Of a DNA stretch of 64,000 nucleotides, positions 1 through 12,086 are shown one piece after another (the first letter of the stretch is position 1; every line of letters starts with the position of its first letter). The position numbers and the translations under genes were made by a program. Under the pieces are notes generated by a model. It saw nothing but the letters and a program-made list of their open reading frames with translations, did no database searches and was not told where the DNA came from. This DNA is from Chiloscyllium plagiosum (taxonomy: Eukaryota): assembly GCF_004010195.1 (NCBI RefSeq), contig NC_057719.1:14010364-14074363 (forward strand). Reading direction: 5' to 3'.

Positions 1-920
1 TTCCCTATGCTATCCCTGATTGGCCCTACTCTTTCTTTGACCATTCTCTTATTCCTCACATTAGTGTAAAATGCCTTTGTGTTCTCCCTAATCCATTCTG
101 CCAAGCCTTTCTCGTGCCCTCTCCTGGCTCTCCTCAGACCATTTTTAAGCTCCTTCCTTGCCTGCCTGTAATCCTCTAGAGCTGAGCTTGACCCTTGCTT
201 CCTCCACGTTATGTAAGCTACCTTTTTCCTTTTGACGAGAAGCTCCACCGCTCTCGTCCTCCAAGGTTCCTTTACCTTACCACTTCTTGCCTGTCTCAGA
301 GGGACATATTTATTCATCACTTGCAACAACTGTTCCTTAAACAGTCTCCACATGTCTATAGTGCCTTTACCATGGAACAATTGCTCCCAATCCATGCTTC
401 CTAACTCATGTCTAATCGCATGATAGTTTCCTCTTCCCCAATTAAATATCCTCCCATTTTGCCTAACCCTCTCCTTCTCCATAGCTATGTAGAATGTGAG
501 GCAGTTGTGGTCACTATCACCAAAATGCTCTCCTATCACAAGATCTGATACCTGCCCCAGCTCGTTTCCGAGCACCAAGTCTAGAATGGCCTCTCCCCTC
601 GTCGGCCTGTCAATGTACTGAGTTAGGAAACCCTCCTGAACACACCTTACAAAAACAGCTCCATTCAAATCTTCTGCTCGAAGGAGGTTCCAATCAATAT
701 TGGGAAAGTTAAAGTCACCCATTACAACAACCCTACTATGTCCACACTTTTCCAAAATCTGCTGACCTATGCTTACTTCCATCTCCCTGCTGCTATTGGG
801 GGGCCTGTAGTAAACCCCTAACGAGGTGACTGCTCCCTTGCTGTTCCTAATTTCCACCCATACTGACTCGGTAGGCAGATCTTCCTCGACAATGGAAGCT
901 TCTGTAGCTGTGATACTTTC
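1..920 (-). mobile_element. CR1-clade LINE ORF2 fragment (APE endonuclease and linker), running off the window start
   Basis: Minus-strand translation gives ESVWVEIRNSKG..LGVYYRPPN..VVVMGDFNFPNIDW..PTRGEAILDLVL..HFGDSDHN, the CR1 endonuclease motifs; a frameshift follows. Confidence 0.92.
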
Positions 921-1812
921 TTTTGTGTGGATCACACTGGGTAACTCAATGTATCCTGAAAGAGTTAACAGAAAAGGTAGCAAGGAAAATATAGTAAAAT
1001 AGGTATCTAGGCAACGGAGGGCAAATAACTGGAAGGGTCTCTTCAGAAATAAGAGCACTTGAGCTGATCTGTAAGGTGGGGTGACATGTCATATCTACAA
1101 AGTTTCCTTCCCCAGGATGTGGAGTAAGGAGATAGATCTTTAAAATAACGTAAATGAGCCACTTCTGAAAATAATGATTGCCAAAGCTAAAAATCTCAAA
1201 TAAACAAAGTAAGTGGAAGATGTGGGTAAGAGATTAAATGATGCTGCTGACTTCCTGTCACTAAGGTGTCCCATGTTCTAAGCTCTGCTGTGTGTATAAC
1301 AACTGGAGGGAATTGATATGCAAAAGCTTTGCAGCTCAGACAAGTATGGAACAAGCTTTCACAATCTGAAAACAACTTGGATATTTCAAGAACCCAACAG
1401 CCACACAGTGGCAACCAACTCTGGCTTTCAGTTCAGGAGACAGAGGTTTAGCCAGTGACAGCACCCAGGAGGAAGCTTCCCACAAACCAAAAGTGGCGAG
1501 AGAAATTTAGTTGTCAGCATTCAATGCAGTTTTTAACTATTTCGGTTCAGTCTCTCTGGCGTTCCATCCTGGCTTCCTTGACCACCTCCAGCAGCTGTGG
1601 ATTAGCAAACAAAAATATGATAAATCTGGACCATCCATCGTCCATCACAAATGTCCCGAAGCAGTCTGTAATGTTACTATAAGTGCAAGAGATAAATTGA
1701 TATGGCTTTAGTGCTTGTCTCAGGAATAAGAACTGGAACAGTGAAGGTGATAGTGGCATTTTTTGGTAACAGGTATCCCAGAGGTTCTGCAATGCATTTA
1801 TGGTATGAATTT

Positions 1813-2022
1813 AGTTAAAAATCACACAACACCAGGTTATAGTCCAACATATTTATTTGGAAGCACTCGCTTTCGGAGCGCTGCTCCTTCATCAGGTGGT
1901 TGTGATGAAGGAGCGGCGCTCTGAAAGCTAGTGCTTCCAAATAAGCATGTTGGACTATAACCTGGTGTTGTGTGATTTTTAACTTTGTAAACCCCAGTCC
2001 AACACCAGCATCTCCAAATCAA
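1813..2022. mobile_element. Short PLE-derived element, family A, as an inverted (fold-back) dimer with two degenerate hammerhead motifs
   Basis: Arms 1813-1894 and 1903-1984 are reverse complements. Sequence matches the 3' end of the PLE at 36481-36717. TSD-like ggtatgaatt (1802-1811) / ggaatgaatt (2023-2032). Confidence 0.85.
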
Positions 2023-2307
2023 GGAATGAATTGTACATCTAGTCTTTCCAAAATATTGATGTAAAGGATTGCATTGTCTAAAGTTATTGAAGGCTCTGTG
2101 TTGGCTGCTAAGAAATGGGAGTAAATATTTAACCTTGTGTGATATTGCTCACATGTAAATTATGTAACTGAAAAATGTCCTGTTTTGTACTTTCTGCCTT
2201 AAATTTTCCATCCTTTTTCAATTTTGGTATGCAAAAAGCTTTACCTTCAGACAAAGATAAGTGAGTTTGCATCCCCTGGGCACGAGATGGACAGTTAAAT
2301 GTGGGTG

Positions 2308-2440
2308 CCCTTCCTGAAGAAGGGCTTATGCCCGAAACGTCGATTCTCCTGTTCCCTGGATGCTGCCTGACCTGCTGCGCTTTTCCAGCAACACATTTTC
2401 AGCTCTGATCTCCAGCATCTGCAGACCTCACTTTCTCCTC
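2308..2440 (+). mobile_element. Short PLE-derived element, family B
   Basis: Matches the terminal region of the PLE fragment at 58693-58790. Perfect 11-bp TSD aaatgtgggtg (2297-2307 / 2441-2451). Confidence 0.88.
2311..2345 (+). ncRNA. Minimal type-I hammerhead ribozyme motif (family B)
   Basis: ttc-CTGAAGA-a-GGGC-ttat-GCCC-GAAA-cg-TC-gat: intact core, 4-bp helix II, palindromic ACGT in place of helix III. Confidence 0.78.
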
Positions 2441-2559
2441 AAATGTGGGTGATGCCAATTTGTGGGACCGACACTGAGTAGTAAAGTGTACATGTGTGAA
2501 CGGGAGAGAAACAAAATTCACAACTTGAGTTATTCAAGTCATTTCAAACGTCAATCAAC

Positions 2560-2940
2560 ATCCACTTCACCATCCATTGACTCTATCTATGCTTCCTGTT
2601 GCCTTGGGAAAGCAGCCAATATAATCAAATAGCCTCCCACCCCGGTTATATTTTTTTATAAACTCTTCCATCCGGCGGCAAATTTAAACGTTTGTATACA
2701 CATATGAACGGATTCAAGAACAGCTTCTTCCTCTCTGTCATCAGAGTTCTGAACAGACCTGTCAAACTTTCAATATAACGTTGATGTCGCTCTCTGGGCA
2801 CCTTCTCTGCAGCTGCAACATTGTATTCCTCTCTCTATTCTATTACCCTGAGGCACTTTGTACGGTATGGCCTGCCACACAAAACAAAACTTTTCACTGT
2901 ACCAAGGGACATGTGACAATAATAAATCAAATCATATCAA
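2560..2940 (+). mobile_element. Rex1/Babar-type LINE 3' fragment
   Basis: Degenerate C-terminal motifs PSIDSIY..C..KAANIIK..SHPG..LPSG..RFKNSFF..IRVLN, then a 3' UTR ending aataaatcaaatca. Confidence 0.72.
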
Positions 2941-3871
2941 CCCAGCCTGACATTATTATTGCAAGTAAAAGGGAAAACGCTTAGGTAATCTCAAAGACCT
3001 GCAAATAATTCATTGTCAGTGGGTTCTGTGCATTTCTTAAATAAAAACTGCTCAGTTACAGAGAAGTATCGACTGGTCAAAGAGTGATATCAACAGTCAC
3101 TCTTTCACCTTTTCAACTTGAGCAGGGTTCAGAGAGAGTTGGGAATGAGTCACAAAAGAAGATGTCGCATCTAAAAATAGGAATCAAAATTTATATCAGC
3201 AGAAAAGCCACTCGTATGACAATTGGAAACTACAAAGCTCTCCAAAAGTACAAAACAGCCTTAAAACCAACCATGTAACAGAGACACTACCAATTCAGGT
3301 AACAGACCCACTTTCACTCAAAGCAGTGCTGTTGTGAGATGTTTAATCCTCTTCATATTTACTTTGAGAATTAATCTCTGATGGTAATTTAATAGCTGCT
3401 GATGGATTTTACAAAAAATGGCACTGTGGTACTTTACTCCACCATAAAGGATTGAACAAGCAGCAAAGTCCATGATGTGAACTCCACTCAGGAGTGCAAA
3501 ATGTGGAAGATTACAATTTTACATGGCTTAACTGGGACTAACATTGTACTAGGCAGACAGTTGCACTGACTGTTTGCTTAAGGTCACCTGATAAATTTGT
3601 TCTTTAGAATTGGAACTCTGTTTCAGTTCACACACTCACTGATCAATGAGAGGGTTGGAGGGATTGGAGGGGATGATGGGAGACCTTTGGTTAGATGATG
3701 AGAAAGTGACCCCAAGACCTGGAACATCTCATTCCTTTTCAGTATGATTTGCAGCCCTGAATATTAATTAAATTCTTGACACTCTCCCTCAGCTGTGGAA
3801 AATCCAGGGCAACACATATAATGCAGTAACTTTAATTGAGAAACCATCCCACTTAGGTAGTCACGTAAGGA

Positions 3872-3996
3872 CAGGGAATGTGATACACCCTCCATACTGA
3901 AAAACTCAGGGAATGTGACACAGCCTCGATACTGTAAAACTCAGGGAATGCGACACACCCTGCATACAGTAAAACTCAGAGAATGTGATACACCCC
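3872..3996 (+). repeat. 35-bp minisatellite, about 3.6 copies
   Basis: Unit cagggaatgtgatacaccctccatactgaaaaact starts at 3872, 3907, 3942 and 3977. Confidence 0.9.
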
Positions 3997-4324
3997 ATCC
4001 TTGAGCCTTACGTCCTACCATGTCCAACTTCTAACTTAATGTTACATTTGATCATTTAGCAGTGATGATAATCGGGATAATTGAATGAAGCTGTGATCTA
4101 ATTGTATCAGGGTATAACTTCAATCATCTAGTCGGGTCTGGGAGGGATGCCCAAAATCAAATTGAACTGAGGAAGTGGCAAGGGTTAAATGTTAATTAAG
4201 GGATAACTTGGTGTGAACTTGACTGGGTAAACAGATAGGGGTGGGAGTTTTGTAATGTGTGAACTGGAATATCACATGCCTGGACTCTGTTTAACCTTTC
4301 ACATCCAGTGTTTCAGGCAGGTGA

Positions 4325-4600
4325 CAGGAAGATGATGGCCTAGTCATGTTATCATTAGACTGCTAATCCATAAAACCTAGTAATGTTCTGAGGACTTGAG
4401 TTCAAATCCCACCTTAACAGATGGTAGAGCTGAAATTGAATAAAAACCTGGAGTGAACAGTCTAATGATAACCATTGGTGATTCTCAAGAAGGGCAAAAT
4501 CCCTCTGGTTCACTTATGACCTTTCGTGAAGGAATCTACCATCCTTAACTGATCTGGCCTATGAGTGACTCAAGACCCACAGCAACATGATCAATTTTTT
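4325..4600 (+). mobile_element. Old tRNA-derived shark SINE (non-HE1)
   Basis: B-box-like gagttcaaatcccacc and body ggttcacttatgacctttcgtgaagg...tggcctatgagtgactc, shared with copies at 10215, 41735 and 63325. Confidence 0.7.
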
Positions 4601-4994
4601 ACTACTGATACACTCAGTTAAAATAAAGAAGGTAGCCAGATATTTGTAAGTCAAAGACCGGAAGCTAAGCATTATTTTGATTTGGAGAAACGTTCTGACA
4701 GATGACTGAATCAAAATCTAAGGTTTTAGAGAATGGATACAAACCTATTTTGTGAACAAGGCCCTTATAGCTTGTGACCCGTGTTATTACTTTACTGAAG
4801 AGTAATGAAGGCAGGGTATGGTCCTGCCTCTTTCACTGCACTACAAAAACAGGAGAAAGAGCAAAGATTTTTGCAGAATTGGAGATTGATGAACGGACAT
4901 GGATGAACATTTGGTATTTTGTTAACTTTCAGGCATAAAATTTACCCAAAAGGTGATTTCCTAATTCACAGATGCAGAAGGGATCTTATTCTTT

Positions 4995-6705
4995 TTGTGG
5001 GATGTGGGTGTCGCTGGCTGGGCCAGCATTTATTGCCCATCCCTAGTTGCCCTTGAGAAGGTGGTGGTGAGCTGCCTTCTTGAACTGCTGCAGTCCACCT
5101 TCTGTGGGTCGATCCACATCACTATTAGGGAGGGAACTCCAGAATTTTGACCCAGAAACAGTGAAGGAACGGCGATATGTTTTCAAGTCAGGAAGGTGAG
5201 TGGCTTGGAGGAGAACTTGAAGATGGTGCCGTTCCCAAATATCTGCTGCTCTTGTCCTTCTAGGTGGATGTGGTCGTGGGTTTGGAAGGTGGTGTCTAAG
5301 GATCTTTGGTGAATTTCTGCAGTGCACCTTGTAGATAGTACACACTGCTGCTACTGAGCATTGGTAGTGGGGGGAGTGCTTGTGAATGTGGTGCCAATCA
5401 AGTGGGCTGCTTTGTCCTGGATGGCCTCAAGCTTCTTGACTGTTGTTGGAGCTGTACCCATCCAGGCAAGTGGGGAGTATTCCTTCACACTCTTGGCTTG
5501 TGCTTTGTAGACGGTGGACAGGCTTTGGGGAGTCAGGAGGTGAGTTACTCACTGCAGTATTCCCAGCCTCCCACCTGCTCTTGTAGCCACTGTGTTTATG
5601 TGGCGAGTAAGTTGATTTTCTTGTCAATGATAACCCAAGATGCTGATAGTGGAAGATTCAGTGATGATATTGAATGTCAACATGTGGTGGTCAGATTGTC
5701 TCTTATTGATGATTGACATAGCCTGACGTGAATGGTGATTGCCAATTGTCAGTCCAAACCTGGATATTGCCCAGATCCTGTTACATTTGAACTGGACTGC
5801 TTCAGTATCTGAGGAGTTATGAATGGTGCTGAACATTGTGCAATCATCAGTCAACACCCGCACTTCTGACCTTATGATGGAGGAAAGGTGATTGATGAAG
5901 CAGCTGAAGATAGTTGAGCATAGGACACCACCATGAGGAACTCCTGATTTGGAGGTGCCGGTGTTGGACTGGGGTGCACAAAGTTAAAAATCACACAACA
6001 CCAGGTTATAGTCCTACAGGTTTATTTGGAAGCACTAGCTTTCACAGCGCTGCTCCTTCATCAGGTGGGTGTGGAGGAACTCCTTCAGAGATGTCCTGGA
6101 GCTGAGATGAATGACATCCAACAACCACAACCATCTTCCTATGTGTCAGTTATGACTCCAACTGCAAGAGAGTTTTCCCTCGATACCCATTGATTCCAGC
6201 TTTGCGAAGACTCCTTGATGCAACACTCAGTCGAATGCAGCCTTAATGCCAAGGGCCATCACTCTCACCTCACTTCAGGAATTCAGCTCTTTCGTCCAGG
6301 TTTGAACCAAGGCTGTAATGAGGTCCGGAGCTGAGTGATCCCAGCAGAACTCAAACTGGGTATCACTGAGCAAGTTATTGCTGAGCTGGTGCTGCTAAAT
6401 AGCACTGCCGATGACATCTTCCATCATTTTACTGATGACCGAGAGTAGACTGATGGGGCGATAATTGGTCAACTTAGATTTGTACTGCTTTTTCTAGCAG
6501 CTATGTCCTTTAGGACCTGACCAGCTCAATCAGTAGTACTGCTATAAAGCCATTCTTGGTGGTGGACATTGATATCCCCCACCCAGAGTACATGTTGTGA
6601 CCTTACCATCCTCAGTTCTTCCTCTGAGAAGTACCGAGTCATCGACCGAGGAAGGGCGGTACATGATAATCAGCAAGAGGTTTCATTGCCCATGAGACTT
6701 CATGA
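4995..6705 (-). mobile_element. L2/CR1-group LINE (non-HER1), RT and 3' end, decayed
   Basis: Minus strand gives LTDDCTMFSTI (xADD motif) and YKAQARSVKEYSPLAW...IQDKAAHLIG. The 3' tail gggcaactagggatgggcaataaatgctggcc is shared with the non-HE1 SINE. Confidence 0.82.
5945..6073 (-). mobile_element. Short PLE-derived element, family A, inserted in the LINE
   Basis: Family A sequence with hammerhead motif (helix II partly mutated). TSD gaggaactcc (5935-5944 / 6074-6083). Confidence 0.88.
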
Positions 6706-7294
6706 GCTTCTATCTGGGAGCTCCCCAGTGTGTACTGGCATTTATTACATTGAGTTTAGACAGACTGCTAGATTTGATGAGAGTCAAATTTGCAGATCAG
6801 CACACACTGGTTGAACAAATGTCAGAAGCGCTAACATTTCTTTGGAAAGCATTCGTTTCCAGCAATGTTCTCAGCACAAATGGGCAATTGGCCGTATGAC
6901 AGTAGATGGACTGTTGATAGTCTTAATGAACTGATACCATCCTTAAACAGGTCACAAAGCACCAGCCCAAGAGAAGAAATTTAAGCAAGAGAAAATTAGG
7001 GGAAATGTTGACAATTTTGAGAAGCAACGATATTTCAGCGCTTGCAGTAAAAAAATGAATGTCAGAAGGGCCCAGAATGTAATCAATTAATGTCTGAGGT
7101 GTGACTGACAATATCACTATGTCATGAACTGCCAGGAATGGTATAATAGAATACTCAAAATTAAACAAGAAATGGATGATTCAGAAGAATAAGCTGGAGA
7201 TATGGATCAAAGAGAGCATTTTATTGGTCATAAGACGGTTAAACCCTGTGATGTATGCACTGGTAGAGCATCTTTCAAATGTGCAGTGTTAGGT

Positions 7295-7602
7295 AGGGCT
7301 ACACAGAGTCCCTATGGCCCATTGAGTTTGCACCAACCCTCAAAAGAGCATTCTACCCACCCCCACCCATCCCTGTAACCTCATACTGCCCATGGTTAAC
7401 CCACCTAGCCTGCACATCTCTGTACAATTTAGCATGGCCAATCCAACTAACCTGCACATGTTTGGACTGTGGGAGGAAACCAGAGCACAGCCACGCAGAC
7501 ATAGGGAGAATGTGCAAACTCCACACAGACAGTTGCCAGAGGGTGGGATCAAACCTGGGTCCCTGGCGCTGTGAGGCAGCAGTGCTAACTGCTGAGCCAC
7601 CC
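7295..7602 (-). mobile_element. HE1 SINE (V-SINE)
   Basis: Reverse complement of ggtggctcagcagttagcactgctgcctcacagcgccagggacc...tgtgtggagtttgcacattctccc...ggccatgctaaattg. Confidence 0.9.
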
Positions 7603-8079
7603 AGTGTGTGAAATGGATGAGCAAAGGAACAAACCTTACGCTGAGAACAAAGTTTGGATGTTAGCCTGGCTTGCAGTATATGTACTTGCCATGTTCATTG
7701 CAACAGGAAGAACATCTTCATGTGATGCATCAACTCATCATAATAGGTGACAGTCATACATTGGTTCATTTCCCAGGGCAATGCCCTGCCCAATCAGAGG
7801 CAAACTTCACAGTTTAAAATTTTAACAGAGCCTGGCGGTTGACTGTCAATCGTCAGTACTTAATGCATTCTCTAACAGTCAGTATCTCCAACAGTCAGAA
7901 TCCACTTACCATCCCATCAGCACAAATATGTTCTCCATTCCAAACAACCTTGAAGGGTCCCATGTTGTGCAATTATTGGCCCAGGGAAGATTATTAATAA
8001 AGTTGGACAAATAATAGTTGCATAGCATGGGACCCAGACTGTTTGGGTACACCCTTCAAGGTTGTTTGGATTGGATTAC

Positions 8080-8440
8080 AAATTTGCAGATTTGAAGTTG
8101 TGGAAATCAATATAGAATTCTCGGGGCTGCAAAGTGACTGAGTGGAAAATGAGATGTTGCTTCTCCAGCTTGTGGCGTGCTCCATTGGAAAACTGTAGCA
8201 GGCCAGGAATGAGAATATTATCAGTGGCATTCCATAAAGCAGTCATCCAGATTACGTTTGGTCACACCGATGTAAAGGAGATGATATTATGATCAGCGAA
8301 TGCATTAGACCCGACTGAAAGATGTACAAGTCAAACAATGCTTTACCTCAAAGATGTGTTTGGGGGCCTTCGATGGTGAGGAGAGAGGAGATGAAATGGG
8401 TAAATGCTGCATCGTCTGCCATTGGTTGGAAGTTTGCTTG
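8080..8440 (-). mobile_element. Ancient PLE GIY-YIG endonuclease remnant
   Basis: Minus strand reads GPKHIFEVKHCLTCTS..CIR..LLYIGVTKR and EKQHLIFHSVTLQP, with stops; homologous to the ORF at 58937-59470. Confidence 0.65.
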
Positions 8441-8783
8441 TAGAAGCCTTGTCTACTCATCTTCCCCTGTCATACCAGATGTGAAAATGTAACTGTTCTC
8501 TCTCCACAGAGGTTGCCAAAGCTGTTAAGTTCTCCAACCCTTCTTTGTATCAATTCAGATTTCCAGCATCTGCAATATTTTGCTGCTTTTTAAGGACTGC
8601 AGTTTCCATCCCTACGATAACCTTGAACCAGTTGGGTCCCCATCATAAACTGGTTGTCCCATGGTCACCAATACTGATCTGAATTTTGTTTGGGTTTTAT
8701 TTAAACAAATGAATTTAATGTCCCCAGCTACCAAGGAAACACTTCAACTTACTTGGTCCCCACTATTTGAAGCTGGGACAGGT

Positions 8784-9011
8784 TGCTACAAAGTGAGGCC
8801 GGAATCTCATCACCAAGTAACTCTCTATTTACACATGTACAGTACTTGACATTGATCCAGCTCCCTCAGAGCCAGCTCTCAGGGTGAACAGGATGTCTGA
8901 CACATCTGTTTGTATCTGTCAGCCAGGGCTCCCTGATTGAACCAAATTAACAGCCCCAATCAGGGAACTCTGTGAGATCCGCCTGGCTGACCTTGTTACA
9001 ATCACTCCACA
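8784..9011 (-). mobile_element. Short solo-LTR-like element
   Basis: Minus strand begins TGTG and carries CCAAT and TATA-like boxes. Homologous to 12087-12547 (tatctgtcagccagggctccctgattg...cagccccaatcagggaa). Confidence 0.62.
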
Positions 9012-9596
9012 AAATTAACCAGAACTGCCACTGAGATGCCTACTGGCAGTTATCCTTGGGTCAATTCATTTGAAGGAATTTCAATGAGCTCTCGGAGTGG
9101 TTTTTGTGGACCACAGAATTATACACTATTGAGCGTTAGCAATAGAATTAATCAACGTGCACTACAGTGTACAATATAAACATATCAGCCATGATTGAAC
9201 TACAGTATACAATGCAATAGCCAATTAACTATGAGAATCGCATATCACAATGTGATTCAAAATATTTGTAAAGTTACACATGGTTGACTTGATTCTGTTA
9301 AAGGCTTAGTTTTCAAGGTATCACTCACTAAGGTGCAGGTTTTGAGTCACTGTGGAGTCAGCCATGAAAGAAATCTCTCTTTACACATGCTCCAGGATGT
9401 ACAGATTTAGCATCCATTGGTACTTCTTGAATTGAATTCACCCAAAGCAGTCACTCCCGTGTACAGCAGGAAGCTATCAACAACATGATCGGTTATATTC
9501 CCGGTCAAACAACATGCACTTTCACTTTCTTTGATCTCAGGCTGTGGATGTCACCATTTGCTGCCGTTTTCTCATTACCCAAAGGGTAGTTTAGAG

Positions 9597-10214
9597 TCAT
9601 AAGGCCATTAAATATAGGAGCAGAATCAGGCCATTTGGTCCACCGAGTCTGCTCTGCCATTCAATCATGGCTGATATGTTACTCAGGAGAAAGTGAGCAC
9701 TGCAGATGCTGGAGATCAGAATCGAAAGTGAGGCACTGGAAAAGCACAGCAGGTCAGGCAGCATCCGAGGATGTGCCACACTTTCCACTCTGATATGTTT
9801 CTCAACCTCATTCTCCTGCCTTCACCCTGTAAGTGATTCCCTTAAGTCAGCCTTATTACCGAGAGGCCTAGATAGAGTGGACATGGCGAAGATGACTCCA
9901 CTAGCAGGAGAGAGTAGGACCCGAGGGCACGGCCTCAGAGTGAAGGCACGACCCTTTAGAACTGAGATGAGGAGGAATTTCTTTAGCCAGAGGGTGGGGA
10001 ATCTGTGGAACTCATTACCACAGGCAGCTGTAGAGGCCAAGTCATTGAGTATATTTAAGACAGAGGCAGATAGGTTCTTGATTAGGAAGGGGGTCAAGGG
10101 TTAGCGAGAGAAGGCTAGAGCATGGGGTTTAGAAACATATCATCCACAATTGAATGGTAGAGCAGACTTGATTGGCCAAATGGCCTAGTTCTGTTCCTAT
10201 CTCTTAGGTCTTAT
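9597..10214. mobile_element. Two CR1 3'-end fragments in divergent (head-to-head) orientation
   Basis: 9597-9842 is a minus-strand 3' tail. About 9860-10214 is plus strand, ESRTRGH..FRTEMRRNFFSQRV.NLWNSLP, followed by the same tail type. Confidence 0.82.
9685..9789 (-). mobile_element. Short PLE-derived element, family B (partial, with a small inverted piece)
   Basis: aggagaaagtgagcactgcagatgctggag...ggcagcatccgagg. TSD ctgatatgtt(a/t)ctc (9671-9684 / 9790-9803). Confidence 0.8.
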
Positions 10215-12086
10215 TGCTGTGTGCTTGGAGTCACATGTCGGTGAGACCAGGTAAGAAGAGCAGATTTCCCTTCCCTGAAGGGCATTTTTATGAACAATTG
10301 ACAGTGGTTATACGGTAGTTATTAGACTAGCAACCCATTGTAGATTTTTATTGAATCCGAATTTTAACCCTCTGCTGTGGTGGGATTTGAACCCATGACC
10401 TGACAGCAACCACCTGGGGTTCTGAATGATTAATCCAGTGCCATTGCAACAACACCACTGCCTTCCCAAATCGCATTTATTTTTAAAATGAGTAATTGCA
10501 GAATCTAATATTTAGAAGGAACAGGGTGTACAAAGACCTTTAGTGCAATGTTGACGTGACCTATTGTGAGATAATTCCAGCCAGCAATGGTTTCTGTCTG
10601 TGCCATCAGAATGAGCAACACTTTCTCGCCCCGCTGGCTTCAAATGGAATATTTGGCCACATTAAAGACCCTGAATGAAAAGCAGATTATCGAGAATACT
10701 GAAACACGAGTACTAAATATCCTTAAGCCTCTTTCCACTTCCCATCAAATCTGATTAATTAGTTTACAAAAACCAAACTGCAGCCAAAATGACGCAAAAT
10801 AAAAATCCCATTTAATCAGCGAGTTGCAATCATGAGGAAAACAACCTTTTTCCCCTTTCTTTCAGGTTAATGGGATTTGTGTTGCCAAGTGAATTGATGA
10901 AACAGCCCATCTCTACGTTCTGTTGGACCAATATTATGCTAAATTGCCTGATGACAATGTCCATTTAGTGAAACGGTGTAGTTCTTCTGAAAAATCGAAT
11001 TATCCAAAGAGCAGTGTTAATTTTAAACCCAATTAGGTAAAATAATTATTAAGCAGCTGTTAGTGAGGATAATAGACCTTTTAAAAGTAGCATTCTCCCT
11101 TTTACACTAATTAGATCTACTGGCTCTTTACAGGAAGCAGGCAAAAGACATCGTCACCTCTGCCTGAGGTTTGACCTGGCTCAGACCCAGGAAATGCCTT
11201 TAGTCCAGTTAGAATTTAATGCCATCACATGACCATCTACCCTGCCCAGTTTAGCACTACACAGCACTACACTCTGAGTGTTGCCCCTCTCCTTACACCT
11301 TCCCCACCACCTATCCCGCACCTTTCCCAAACTGTGCTCCTTAGGAACTGAATTGTCGTGACAGCTAAATGAAATTTACACAGACGCTAAAACTGACCTT
11401 CCAGAATTCAATTTTTCTCACATTTGGCCAAACCTTGCCAATTCTGAACACAGTTAGCCAAGGAATTGTTGACGGTTATCTCCCATCTGGGAGTGAAGCC
11501 TTATGGTCAGATCAGAAATCAAAGCACTTGTGGCTGATGAAAGAACTTCAGAAGCTTAGCACAGATGTTACCTGGAGGCTATGTTCGTGAGTACATATTT
11601 AAGTATCTAAGGCTTAGTGTTACTGGAGTTGAGTTGCAGAAAGACAAGCAGCTAGCTATATTTAACCCACCACCGTCCCCTACTTAGCTGCCCAGGAAAA
11701 TGTGTGAACAAGTACAATACTAATAGCGATAATGCCCCCACAGCAGAGACTTCCAGCATTGTGACCCAGCAGCAATATCAGAAACAGAAGATGCTGGGAG
11801 ACTAAAAGGGAGTTTCGAGGTCGTGGCATTCCCATTAACACCAAGAAGGACATGTGTGGCAACATTAGGGGCTGGCTCAGCTAAATGGTGTCATATTTCC
11901 CCATCTCTCACCTCCTGCCTGATTGCAACAAGATGCATTTTTTTGGAGAATGAGTGTTTTAACTTCTCTGAGGTAACATACAAACATAAAACAAAACAGA
12001 AGTAGGCTTTAAACCTCTCATACCTACTCCACCATTTAGTAAGATCATAGCTGATCTGATTGTGACCTCAAATGCACATTCCTGCC

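Larger units (their letters stand above)
9540..10462 (-). mobile_element. Old tRNA-derived SINE split by CR1 fragments
   Basis: Tail part 9540-9597 resumes at about 10214 (ttgctgtg..ggagtcacatg..accaggtaag); the head gtgggatttgaaccc lies near 10380. Confidence 0.65.

Noticed and set aside
1837..2022. Recurrent small ORFs MIWRCRCWTGVYKVKNHTTPG and MLPDLLCFSS as a peptide family
   Set aside because: They are incidental translations of the non-coding PLE terminal modules and are not frame-conserved among copies.
3872..3996. 35-bp periodic repeat resembling a CRISPR array
   Set aside because: Units are contiguous with no unique spacers, there are no cas genes, and the DNA is vertebrate; it is a minisatellite.
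10866..11036. Plus-strand exon-like segment with strong acceptor and GTAA donor
   Set aside because: All three frames contain stops and no product is recognisable; conservation cannot be judged from this sequence alone.
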